This document shows positions 9,401 to 17,313 of a stretch of DNA of 28,026 nucleotides, piece by piece (position 1 is the first letter of the stretch; every line of letters begins with the position of its first letter). Where the stretch lies: NCBI GenBank assembly GCA_001794905.1, contig MGLW01000034.1, positions 1 to 28,026 on the forward strand, written 5' to 3'. Both the position numbers and the translations under genes were made by a program. Below the pieces are notes generated by a model. It saw only the letters and a list, made by a program, of their open reading frames with translations, was not told the origin of the DNA and did not search any database. Source of the stretch: Chlamydiae bacterium RIFCSPHIGHO2_12_FULL_49_11. Lineage in GTDB: Bacteria > Chlamydiota > Chlamydiia > Chlamydiales > 2-12-FULL-49-11.

Positions 9401-11271
9401 GTCATTACAAATCACTGGGCGAAAATTCGAAATTATTCAAGTTCCTTTACTACGCTCTCTCAAGCCTGAAAGTCATATTTTGGGAATATTCGATCGGGTG
9501 GGTGATAGAAACGGGACTGAACTGGCTTCTTTATAAAACGTTAGACAGAGCGCTCCATGAAACCAACATATCTGCAACGCTCATTCAAAATACGATCAAA
9601 CGAATGACAAACCAAGGCTATTCGCAAGCCGGCAATGCCCTTCAAGAGAAAATCGAACACATGCTCAAAACCGTTCAAGAGGAACTAGACGACCCAAAAC
9701 CCGGCATGGAGTATAAATCCGAAACGCTGGCGACCACCAAAAGCGCTCTTCAGGAACTTGCTTCCGTAGTACGAGATTATGAAAGAAAAAGTGCCGGAAG
9801 AGAACCTCCGCCGCCGCTTCCTCTCGGACTAGACTCCCTGAATGAAGAATTCAACGTGAAACTCCACGAAACTCTCGGAGAGACGGTAGATCAAGCCCTC
9901 GGAATCCTGTTTAAAGGAGAAAAATTCACAACCACCCTGACCGATATCTATAGTGATGCTCTGCGCAGCATTATTGACATGGATAAACCAATCGAACCGG
10001 CAACAAAAAGCAAAAACCTCCTCACAAAATGGATCAATAACATCTTTTATGCCCACGAACAAGTGACATGGACCGACACGATGCGACTGGGTGCAATGCA
10101 GGAACACCTGGAGGCGTTAAAGAAAGAATGGCAAAAAGCCGGATTGAACGACAAAGATTTTCCTAAGGAGTTCAGAGCTATTAAACAGTCAACTTCTCTT
10201 GACAAGATCCGGGAGCGGGCAGACATTGTGGCAGCAAAAGAAGGGGTTGCAAGACAAGTCTACGCTTCTCGCGTGATCCGTAACCTTCTTGATAAGATCA
10301 TCAGTACGGTCGTAAATCGCGCTCTGCGTGAAAAATTCAGTCCTCAACGGAAAAATAACGCTATCGACGCCCAAGTCAAAACCCTCAAAAGGGATCTCGA
10401 TCCTTCCTCACCCGCTTCTCTGGTGCATCGACAGATAGTTAGTAAAAAGATTAGGCATTTATACTTTCGTGCTAAGATAATTTTGGCACAAAAAACACCG
10501 GTTCAACCAGAGCAGATTCGTAATTTAAAAGTTAAAATCTGGCGAATCAATAAACAGATTCACACTTCCCAACGAATCGAGCAATACATCGCTGCCGCTC
10601 GACTTTCTCTTGAGAGTCTAGAGCAAAATGCTTCGGTAGATAAAACCTCTCTTGAGCAGCACAAGTTCCAAACAAACCTTCTCTTGAACAAACTGGCAAT
10701 GCTTGGAAAAGCCCGTGCCCACCCGATGGCTCGAGATTTTGAAAATTTCGAAGCCGCGCTCACCACCGGTAATTTACGTGCTCTTCTCACAGAATTTGTT
10801 ACAAAGCTGCAGCCTCTCTTAGAACATGAGAAGGCTATCGGAGCCGCCGGTTCTTCCGAAGGAGATGGCGGCGCCGGCGTGAGTGCAGCAAGCGGATCGT
10901 CTGCTCCGCAAGCCGGCAGTTCTTCTGAAGAAGACATTGGCACGAGGGCAGCAAGCAGATCGTCTTCTCCGGAAGTCGGCACCTCTTCCGATTTTGAGGC
11001 GGAAGAAACTCGAAACATTCCCGCACTGATAAACTCAGTCGCACAAGCTGCCCTTGCTTTAAGAGAGAGCGAAACGCACCAGTGCAACATCATCGCCCAT
11101 AGCTGGGTGATCGACACAATGGCAAATATGGCAGCTCTTGAGGCACGAAGACGGATTGAAAAGCATATCGACTTCTTCAGTAACGCACAAATTCTGCGCT
11201 TCTTGATTTCGAATGTCGAACTTGCCTACCTCAATCCGCAAAACGGGACTTATACCAATCACAAGAAATAA
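6496..11271 (+). CDS. Large hypothetical protein (1591 aa), distant paralog of 2664..6413; candidate effector
   Basis: Long ORF with SD, S/T/A/Q/P-rich N-terminus, central amphipathic/hydrophobic segments and an S/G/E-rich C-terminal linker. The final codons (YTNHKK*) run into the MITE. Confidence 0.85.
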   Translation: MDWLKRIGTAVVDRFSHTDQEGDVAIQLAQETIRQAAATSSPAKPQAQETNPSSSQHKEVQTTTSSQTAAAPAAPLTILAIRVTRVVNAHFFVEPRKFSPQLQRPLIRSFLDNLDLFFSTIIQPNRHSQGEIYSHLKRVTGIFDSLLGGMKPEEVLSEIANYNRGIQELKKFFANREPKDVKRFLDYLHEQTSQADRKRSLTEFEVDDAFLVEFDRLEKMRHVLENFATEFPELDPQEAIRKFLGKHNQLIVDLFQYQNILEGKESSTREELSGLRCRIAKGVYFVSLSALKQMQTQDVVQNVLSAIDKACHDSAAAVQKSAAAFIQDQINKPPEGSDCDIPPILKRGPSYAFHHMPHGTGANRLEELRNIFITPQAAISPETLVPIDALHEAVSRPTTRQKLLSALDGSLASVRKLLNGRSPGEYHEQVLANEQQIAELEEGIANESIDFDSPDLPTHLIGKNPALLDAVNRLLLLRKEHEHLLGHLSALFPFSDPSDIWKNISALGVFYDLVSRYRTLMDATTTLPISKADLFRLKEDLIQTTARLDIKSIYAVFAKIPTGNEGLADRLYSWGKTKAEEAVQKMMDLLPLSSKVDTEIIDIDAPLIEVMEEGHLLDRRPDVSIGQLLNLLWRAKKEGASDEKKKWAKWALELAVKKFLLEHSGKDPTADEKTLKTVNSVLHGLVDQIYDMHSEGALPEWIHERLQQLHGTMLDFNDLFTTPLISITGSEEPEKPDSLEKTLRQNLQKLKELSAPPVNKTPPSAADLLGGLQVAGDLFVLKLVTQYLSGRPADTDPIGNLHKVLSNSTLDTGTVVTKFVKELRESIRTNQHIGWLRRKIISALIPFLFGVIHLILGVVFDSLRKAFHEDTENGGDENKKIEDRKSFFLAFFNRFIFSMKDILHQCPVNRSLTEYFDEVAGQVEKPQRSAPHILPFMSTADLDASMVRHFLQDYSVRVTIRSIFDVPISHYKSLGENSKLFKFLYYALSSLKVIFWEYSIGWVIETGLNWLLYKTLDRALHETNISATLIQNTIKRMTNQGYSQAGNALQEKIEHMLKTVQEELDDPKPGMEYKSETLATTKSALQELASVVRDYERKSAGREPPPPLPLGLDSLNEEFNVKLHETLGETVDQALGILFKGEKFTTTLTDIYSDALRSIIDMDKPIEPATKSKNLLTKWINNIFYAHEQVTWTDTMRLGAMQEHLEALKKEWQKAGLNDKDFPKEFRAIKQSTSLDKIRERADIVAAKEGVARQVYASRVIRNLLDKIISTVVNRALREKFSPQRKNNAIDAQVKTLKRDLDPSSPASLVHRQIVSKKIRHLYFRAKIILAQKTPVQPEQIRNLKVKIWRINKQIHTSQRIEQYIAAARLSLESLEQNASVDKTSLEQHKFQTNLLLNKLAMLGKARAHPMARDFENFEAALTTGNLRALLTEFVTKLQPLLEHEKAIGAAGSSEGDGGAGVSAASGSSAPQAGSSSEEDIGTRAASRSSSPEVGTSSDFEAEETRNIPALINSVAQAALALRESETHQCNIIAHSWVIDTMANMAALEARRRIEKHIDFFSNAQILRFLISNVELAYLNPQNGTYTNHKK

Positions 11272-11412
11272 ATTCACAATTTGAGCACTTTTTACCTGCG
11301 GCCATTGGCTTCGCTCGGGCCAACTTTATTCAAGTTTGATCCCTCGCTCCAGCCTTCAGTCCTCGGAAAAAAAATCATCTCAAATTTATGAATTTCTTTC
11401 ATGCGTTTGGTA
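11253..11412 (+). mobile_element. MITE-like fold-back element, family A, copy 1 (160 bp)
   Basis: ~34-bp imperfect TIRs TACCAATCACAAGAAATAAATTCAC.../...ATGAATTTCTTTCATGCGTTTGGTA, flanked by TTA at 11250-52 and 11413-15. Near-identical to 17152..17310. Confidence 0.85.
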
Positions 11413-11544
11413 TTAACCTCTAGAATAACTTCTGGAGCTTCTTTTTTGCTGCTCGTCTTTTTTACCGTTATCTTGTTTGTTGCAAGACACAAATCCTGCG
11501 ATGCTAAATACTGTAAGCATCAAAAATATGATGGTTTTTTTCAT
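11413..11544 (-). CDS. Small putative lipoprotein (43 aa) MKKTIIFLMLTVFSIAGFVSCNKQDNGKKDEQQKRSSRSYSRG
   Basis: Manual translation. AAGGA SD, basic N-terminus, hydrophobic core, lipobox-like FVS-C21. Below the ORF-track length cutoff. Confidence 0.7.
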   Translation of the reverse strand: MKKTIIFLMLTVFSIAGFVSCNKQDNGKKDEQQKRSSRSYSRG

Positions 11545-11557
11545 AATTATTTCCTTT

Positions 11558-11683
11558 TTATTTTAAATTAATCACACATGAACAGCCGCGTTTTTGTTTG
11601 CATGGCTTTTCGTCATTACTTCCACAAGCACTCAACATCATGAGTCCCGTGAGGAGCATTAATGCAGGTAACATTTTTTTCAT
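11558..11683 (-). CDS. Small putative Cys-containing lipoprotein (41 aa) MKKMLPALMLLTGLMMLSACGSNDEKPCKQKRGCSCVINLK
   Basis: Manual translation. Strong SD (GGAGG) and canonical lipobox LSA-C20. Below the ORF-track length cutoff. Confidence 0.78.
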   Translation of the reverse strand: MKKMLPALMLLTGLMMLSACGSNDEKPCKQKRGCSCVINLK

Positions 11684-11709
11684 AATACCCTCCCTCGATT
11701 TCAAGCCCA

Positions 11710-11737
11710 ACTATATTTTCCTGCTTTTTTTTTGCAA
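11710..11737 (-). promoter_or_regulatory. Putative promoter of the two-lipoprotein operon
   Basis: TTGCAA-16 bp-TATAGT on the minus strand, upstream of the SD and ATG 11683. Confidence 0.5.
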
Positions 11738-11776
11738 GAAAGAGAAGTAAAATAAAAGAAACCGCATGGAAAAAAA

Positions 11777-12871
11777 ATGAAACCTACTCTATTTCTGGGA
11801 GCTACAAACCAGCATGAAGGCAAGACAACATGCTCTCTCGGCATCCTAGCAGGCCTTTTCGGGCGGGTGAAAAACCCTGGTTTTTTCAAACCTGTGGGAC
11901 AAAACCACTTAGAGGTTGAACCGGGCGTTTTTGCCGATAAAGATGTTCCCCTCTTCCGTGACAGATTTGATCTTACTGATCCTTACCATCTTATGAGCCC
12001 AGTGTTATTCACACGCCATTTTTCCCGAGACTATCTGAACGGGAAATTCCAGAGCGGCCCGATTTTGGATACGATCCGAACAGCATTCGATACATTGTCC
12101 GAGCACCATGATTTTATGCTTGTCGAAGGGACGGGCCACATGGGGGTTGGGAGTATCTGCGGCATTGATAATGCGACGATTGCCGCACTTTTGGGAGCAA
12201 AAATCGTCCTCGTTACGTCGGGAGGGGTCGGGTCATGCTATGATAAACTGATGCTCAACCTGGCCCTCACGGAAAAAAAGGGGGGAAAGGTGGGCGGAGT
12301 CATTATTAATAAGGTAATCCCTTCCAAGATGGAAATGGTACGAGACTATATGGGCCGTGCCCTCAAGCGGTTGGGAATCCCTCTCGTCGGACTTCTTCCT
12401 TATGACCAAACGCTCACCCTCCTCACTTTTGAGGATTTACTCACCCTCTTTCATCGGAATCCGCTTTCCGGTGGAGAGTACAACAGTCGCATATTCAAAA
12501 CGATCCGTCTCGTTGCTACCTCGCGGGAAATATTCGAACAAACCATCCGCAAACAAGAGCTCATCATCACTCCGGCAACCCGCGAAGATATTATCCTGGC
12601 AGCCCTCAAAGCCGAGCTGAAAGAAAGGTTGCACGGAACGAGTCTTGAAACCGGATTCATTTTCACCGGCAGCGTTCCCCTTTCTCCCACGATGGCAAAA
12701 GAGCTTGAGAATGTCGCTATTCCGGCTTTTTTTACCGGCGAGAACACTTTTGCCTGCATGAAAAAAATCACGGCGCACACATCCAAAATCCGGATCAAAG
12801 ACCGGGGGAAAATCGAAGAAGCGATTTCTCTTGTCCGGGCCAACATCGACTTCGACTTATTGCTTAACTGA
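11777..12871 (+). CDS. AAA_26 (BioD-like P-loop) + DRTGG domain protein, similar to the phosphotransacetylase N-terminal region
   Basis: ATNQHEGKTT P-loop, FFKPVG, LVEGTGH, GVIINKV and the DRTGG-like LIITPATREDIIL. No PTA catalytic domain. Confidence 0.8.
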   Translation: MKPTLFLGATNQHEGKTTCSLGILAGLFGRVKNPGFFKPVGQNHLEVEPGVFADKDVPLFRDRFDLTDPYHLMSPVLFTRHFSRDYLNGKFQSGPILDTIRTAFDTLSEHHDFMLVEGTGHMGVGSICGIDNATIAALLGAKIVLVTSGGVGSCYDKLMLNLALTEKKGGKVGGVIINKVIPSKMEMVRDYMGRALKRLGIPLVGLLPYDQTLTLLTFEDLLTLFHRNPLSGGEYNSRIFKTIRLVATSREIFEQTIRKQELIITPATREDIILAALKAELKERLHGTSLETGFIFTGSVPLSPTMAKELENVAIPAFFTGENTFACMKKITAHTSKIRIKDRGKIEEAISLVRANIDFDLLLN

Positions 12872-13844
12872 TCAATTGTGAAAGAGATTCTATAATCCGG
12901 TTCGGGTGGATCGGATTCATGACCCCCTTCTTCCGGATGCGATGAAAACGATCGGACGAGAGTCCATAGCGCCGGCGGCTTTCTTCGTAGACGTCGATGG
13001 CGTAGTGTTGCTGCAGGTAAGGACCTGAAGCGTGGGACGAAGTTGCGCCGAAAAGAGAAATTACCGGTACTCCCAAGTTATTTGCGATATGGATCGGTCC
13101 CGAATCGGGAGCGACCACGCACGCCGCCCGTTTGATGATTGCGAAAAGCTGCATGAGATCGGTCTTGCCGGCAAGAAATATAACATTTTTCACTTTAGCA
13201 TACATGTTCTCAAACCGGCGATCGAATGCGGAGTTTCCACCACAAACCACGATGGGAACCTCTTCAAACCGTTCGAAAATATCGATGTAACGTTCAAAAG
13301 GGTAATTTTTTTCCCTTTGGCGGGAAACGGGGCAAAACACAAGATACCGGGGCGGTAAATTTGTTTCCACCCAAGGCAGGGCATCGAGGCGGAGCGTATC
13401 CATATCCAGTCTGGAGAGGTTTTCCTGTTTTAACATGCGCGCAATACTCAGGTACCCTTCCATCAAGTGGTTTTTGAGAAACGGGACCGTCTCGTCCACA
13501 AAAAACCTGTGCCCTTCTTTTCCGCGGATCGAATCGAACCCGATTTTTTTTCCTTTGAGCTGCATGGCCGCAAGGTGAGCGGAAGAGCTGGCCTGCGCCA
13601 CAAAGACAAAGTCGTAACTTAGATGGGAAAACATCCGTTTTAACTTCCAAAAGCCCTGCAATGAGCGTACTTTATCCACCCCCACCACCTTCACATTTTC
13701 GGGAAGGTTCCACAGTTCACTAAACCCGCGGTCGGTAATCCAGTCGATCGTCACCTCGGGATTATGGCGCGCGAGGTGTTTTACGACGGAAGAGGCCATC
13801 ACCACGTCACCGAGAGCAGACAATCTAAGAAAAGCAACGTGCAT
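12864..13844 (-). CDS. Glycosyltransferase family 9 (LPS heptosyltransferase-like)
   Basis: RLSALGDVV N-terminal motif, LAGKTDL, DSGPIHIA and VISLFG. Confidence 0.88.
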   Translation of the reverse strand: MHVAFLRLSALGDVVMASSVVKHLARHNPEVTIDWITDRGFSELWNLPENVKVVGVDKVRSLQGFWKLKRMFSHLSYDFVFVAQASSSAHLAAMQLKGKKIGFDSIRGKEGHRFFVDETVPFLKNHLMEGYLSIARMLKQENLSRLDMDTLRLDALPWVETNLPPRYLVFCPVSRQREKNYPFERYIDIFERFEEVPIVVCGGNSAFDRRFENMYAKVKNVIFLAGKTDLMQLFAIIKRAACVVAPDSGPIHIANNLGVPVISLFGATSSHASGPYLQQHYAIDVYEESRRRYGLSSDRFHRIRKKGVMNPIHPNRIIESLSQLIS

Positions 13845-14625
13845 CGAATATCTCCAAAAACGCTTCCGGGACGGGCGCCGTAAATTTCATTTCCTCGCCG
13901 GTAAACGGGTGGGGAAAGGAGAGGGAAAAACTGTGAAGCATCATGCGAGATCCTTCATGAATGCCGTAGATCGCATCGCCGAGAATCGGAAGATGAATAA
14001 GAGCCAAATGGAGGCGAATTTGATGGGTTTTCCCGGTGAGCGGGGTAGCTTTTACTAGGGCCAAGCGGCCACTCACTGCGACAACTTCCCCCTCGGTGAC
14101 CGCAAGGGCTCCATGGGGATCAATAGTCATGATTTTACGCCCTTTACGTTCATGGGCCACTTTGATCCGTTTCCGGACATCCACTTTTGCCCCCGGCCGG
14201 AACGGCTTTTGCATCACACACACGGCAAAATATGTTTTCGAAACAAGACGCTCACGGAAAAGAGCTATCCACGGTGCCGGATCCCCTTTTGCCATCATAA
14301 TCACTCCGCTTGTTTCTTTATCGAGCCGATGAACGGTAAATCGGGAATCGACGGGCACAAACGGCGGCTTGTCAAATACGATCATCCGCTCGTCTTCGTA
14401 CAAAACGGTCCATGTCCCTTTACGCTCCAAAGCTTTTTCATCGAAAGCGACCCGATCCCCTTCCCGGAGTTTATGGGAGGCAAACGTTTCGATCCTTCCA
14501 TTCACACGGCAAGCTTTCTCGTCGATCGCCCGCTTGAGCCTTTTTTTCGAAATATCCATGCGTTCTGATAAAAACCGGATTAAGCTGCTCCCATCATCGC
14601 AGCCGGCAGCCAGAAACTCACGCAC
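13825..14625 (-). CDS. RluA-family RNA pseudouridine synthase with an S4-like N-terminus
   Basis: VHRLDKETSG catalytic motif, TGKTHQIRLHL, PILGDAIYG and LHS; GTG start. Confidence 0.92.
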   Translation of the reverse strand: MREFLAAGCDDGSSLIRFLSERMDISKKRLKRAIDEKACRVNGRIETFASHKLREGDRVAFDEKALERKGTWTVLYEDERMIVFDKPPFVPVDSRFTVHRLDKETSGVIMMAKGDPAPWIALFRERLVSKTYFAVCVMQKPFRPGAKVDVRKRIKVAHERKGRKIMTIDPHGALAVTEGEVVAVSGRLALVKATPLTGKTHQIRLHLALIHLPILGDAIYGIHEGSRMMLHSFSLSFPHPFTGEEMKFTAPVPEAFLEIFDARCFS

Positions 14626-15060
14626 TTAAAAGGGAATTTCCTCTTCTGAAAAAATGTCGTCTTCGGCTTTGAAGCTGTCTTCTGCCGCGTTAGGCTTGCC
14701 GTAGCTCCGAGCATTTGTGCCTGCCTCCTCGCCACCGGCCCCTTTCGGTTTCCCGAACGGACTGAACGAGAGCGAAGTTGCCGTCATATTCACAGACACT
14801 TGAGACTTGCCTTCTTTGTCGGTATAAATCTCCGGTTTGGCCCAGCTGCCCATGGCAAGGACGGGGCTTCCTTTTTTCAGGTGCTGGATCATGTGGTCGA
14901 GGTTGTCTCCCCAGACGGTGACGCGGACCCACATCGTCTCTTCCTTTTGCCCTTTTCTCTGATTGCATGCAACGACCAGCGTCGTCACTTTTGTTCCGTT
15001 CGAGGTGAACCGAACTTCGGGATCGCGGCCGAGATGCCCTGCAATGATTGTATGATTCAT
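14626..15060 (-). CDS. ssb: Single-stranded DNA-binding protein
   Basis: GHLGRDPEVRF OB-fold start and acidic tail EEEIPF; AAAGGAG SD before ATG 15060. Confidence 0.95.
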   Translation of the reverse strand: MNHTIIAGHLGRDPEVRFTSNGTKVTTLVVACNQRKGQKEETMWVRVTVWGDNLDHMIQHLKKGSPVLAMGSWAKPEIYTDKEGKSQVSVNMTATSLSFSPFGKPKGAGGEEAGTNARSYGKPNAAEDSFKAEDDIFSEEEIPF

Positions 15061-15154
15061 ACACACTCCTTTTCAATATGATGAACGCAATTCTAAAACA
15101 AACCCAAATTGATGGATAGACAAAAATGGAGCCTTCCCTTATAGATGAATTCAT

Positions 15155-16987
15155 ATGGCCGACTTTTTTAAAGAAAAAAATGAGTATCCTTCCAAGAAAT
15201 TGAGCGATCCTGCCGAAAGTTCCCTCGAGCTTTCGGGCGATGCCGGTTTTTTTACGACCCCCAAAAGCCGCAGGTCCAAAACCGAATTCCACGATCCGTT
15301 TTCCGACCCCAACCTTTTCCTTGCCAAAAAAATCAAATTGCAAATGTTGCAATCGGACACAACCGAATGGTCGCGTAAAATTGAAACGCATGTGATCGCC
15401 GCCATTTTGCCCGAATTCACGCGCAAATTTCCCTCGTACAAGCTGGGCATCAATATCATCAAAAAAACGTGGCAAAAAGTGGCCTATTACCTGGGCCAGA
15501 TCGAGAAAAAACACCAGGCGCTAAATCCCAACGGAACGTTGCACCTTCCCTTCATTATCAGGGAAAACCTCCGTTTTCTCCTTGAAAAACAGTCTGACCG
15601 TGTAGTACACCCGCTTGGTCTCGCCCATCAACTCGCCCTCAAAGTGTCCGACTGCATAGCCACTCTTGACGGAGAATTCGTCCCGCTCGGCGAGCTCACC
15701 GGACAAATCACCCTCTTACAACGCCATCTCATTCCCAAAGAAGAGATTTCAAAACCCTATTTGCAAGACCACTATACCGAACTGGACAAATGGATTGTCG
15801 AAGTGCAGCTTGAGCTCATCAACGACCATCCCAACCTCTCGGCTTCCCTTTTGCGTGAGGCGGTTGAAGAGCACATCCAGAAAACCGTTTCCCTTGCGAG
15901 CGTAAAAAATCTCACCTTGAGCGCCTTTGCCCTTACGGCTTATCAACTGTACCCATCGACCTCCTTTCACAACTTCAGTACGAGCGACAAAAATCGACTC
16001 CTCGGGTTCATCCGTTCAGAGGTGCGAGAGAAGTTAGAACCGAATTTTAATGAAAGGCACGTTTTCCAGTTCATCCGTAAAATCCTTTTCCTGGCGAAGA
16101 TCAGCCAAAAGATGGACAAAAACCTCGCACAAAATCAGCTTGAAGCTGCTCTCCATTATGTTTTTTCCCTCTCGACAGATTGTCTCGACACCACCATGCC
16201 GACAATCCAGGAAGAAGTGTATGAGCTCATCCAACAGGAACTTGTCACTCTCAAAGAAAAGAAAATCGAGCAAAACATTCCTCATGCAGTTGCCGCCCTA
16301 CTCGACTCTTTTGAAGAGATTGAAAATGAGCCCCTCCTCGGAAAGATCCTACAGGAAGACTTGGAGATTGTGATTTGGAAAGTACTTGAGGAAGAAAAAG
16401 GATTTATTTCCGGTCTTTCTTCTCCCAAACAGGAAATATTGCAGCGCCTCATTGCGCGGGAAATTTTCCATTCGAAAATGCCTTCCCTATCGGAGGCGGT
16501 ACGGGAAGTTTGCATCAAGCTAAAAAAACGCAGCAAAATCGGAACCGAAAAACTCGCAGCACGCTCGCACCTGTGGTCGATTCAAAACGATCTTCCCTAC
16601 GGATGGATCCACCTCGACACACGCGACAAGTATTATGCTTTCATCAAAAAATGCGTCAAAGAAACTCCCGGCCTCACTTTTGCCGAAATTGCAAGGGAAT
16701 CCTCGTACAAATATGTCAAACTCCACTCCTCTCTCCATCCGTGGAGAGAAGAATTGGAAAAATATTTCCTCTTTTTGCTCAAATACATGTGGTACAATGA
16801 AAACCGCTCTTCCCACTCCTCTACTTTCGAGAGGCTGATCCTCTGGCATGAACATGAACTTCTCAGCCATCGGCAAGCCATGTTTCCGGATCTTGTGCAA
16901 AGCACCCTCATCGACACGCTCAAAAACCTCGTCCCCTACCTTCCCGTCGAAGAAAGCCACGTCACCTCAGTCATCCAACCTACCTAA
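15155..16987 (+). CDS. Hypothetical protein (610 aa, helical)
   Basis: Long ORF divergent from ssb with no recognisable motif. Its TAA stop is the left duplication of MITE B1. Confidence 0.85.
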   Translation: MADFFKEKNEYPSKKLSDPAESSLELSGDAGFFTTPKSRRSKTEFHDPFSDPNLFLAKKIKLQMLQSDTTEWSRKIETHVIAAILPEFTRKFPSYKLGINIIKKTWQKVAYYLGQIEKKHQALNPNGTLHLPFIIRENLRFLLEKQSDRVVHPLGLAHQLALKVSDCIATLDGEFVPLGELTGQITLLQRHLIPKEEISKPYLQDHYTELDKWIVEVQLELINDHPNLSASLLREAVEEHIQKTVSLASVKNLTLSAFALTAYQLYPSTSFHNFSTSDKNRLLGFIRSEVREKLEPNFNERHVFQFIRKILFLAKISQKMDKNLAQNQLEAALHYVFSLSTDCLDTTMPTIQEEVYELIQQELVTLKEKKIEQNIPHAVAALLDSFEEIENEPLLGKILQEDLEIVIWKVLEEEKGFISGLSSPKQEILQRLIAREIFHSKMPSLSEAVREVCIKLKKRSKIGTEKLAARSHLWSIQNDLPYGWIHLDTRDKYYAFIKKCVKETPGLTFAEIARESSYKYVKLHSSLHPWREELEKYFLFLLKYMWYNENRSSHSSTFERLILWHEHELLSHRQAMFPDLVQSTLIDTLKNLVPYLPVEESHVTSVIQPT

Positions 16988-17148
16988 TACCAAATGCAAG
17001 AAATAATGTGATAAAGTCGGGTCAGATAACGAGGCAAATTTGCACGATCATTTCGAAACCCATATTTTTAAATATGAGTGAGAAAGGATCGTACAAAGGG
17101 GACCGTTAGATGATCCCGAATTTATGACATTATTTTTTGCGTTTGGTA
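16988..17148 (+). mobile_element. MITE-like fold-back element, family B, copy 1 (161 bp)
   Basis: TIRs TACCAAATGCAAGAAATAATGT.../...ACATTATTTTTTGCGTTTGGTA, flanked by TAA at 16985-87 and 17149-51. Reverse complement of 19299..19459 with 2 mismatches by manual comparison. Confidence 0.87.
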
Positions 17149-17151
17149 TAA

Positions 17152-17310
17152 TACCAATCCCGAGAAATAAATTCACAATTTGAGTACTTTTTACCTGCGG
17201 CCATTGGCTTCGCCCGGGCCAACTTTATTCAAGTTTGATCCCTCGCTCCAGCCTTCAGTCCTCGGCAAAAAATCATCTCAAATTTATGAATTTATTTCTT
17301 GTGATTGGTA
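17152..17310 (+). mobile_element. MITE-like fold-back element, family A, copy 2 (159 bp)
   Basis: About 10 differences from 11253..11412 by manual count. Flanked by TAA at 17149-51 and 17311-13, in tandem with B1. Confidence 0.87.
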
Positions 17311-17313
17311 TAA

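Noticed and set aside
11292-11492. 66-aa minus-strand ORF in the track
   Set aside because: It runs through MITE A1 and overlaps, in another frame, the better-supported 43-aa lipoprotein gene.
14690-15514. 274-aa minus-strand ORF and other long alternative-frame ORFs (e.g. 21790..22557, 22883..23560, 5412..6137)
   Set aside because: Shadow frames overlapping well-supported genes, with no motifs or translation signals.
16988-17310. Possible CRISPR array or integron attC array
   Set aside because: No short direct repeats with unique spacers, no cas or intI gene, and no RYYYAAC/GTTRRRY core sites. TIRs plus 3-bp duplications fit MITEs better.
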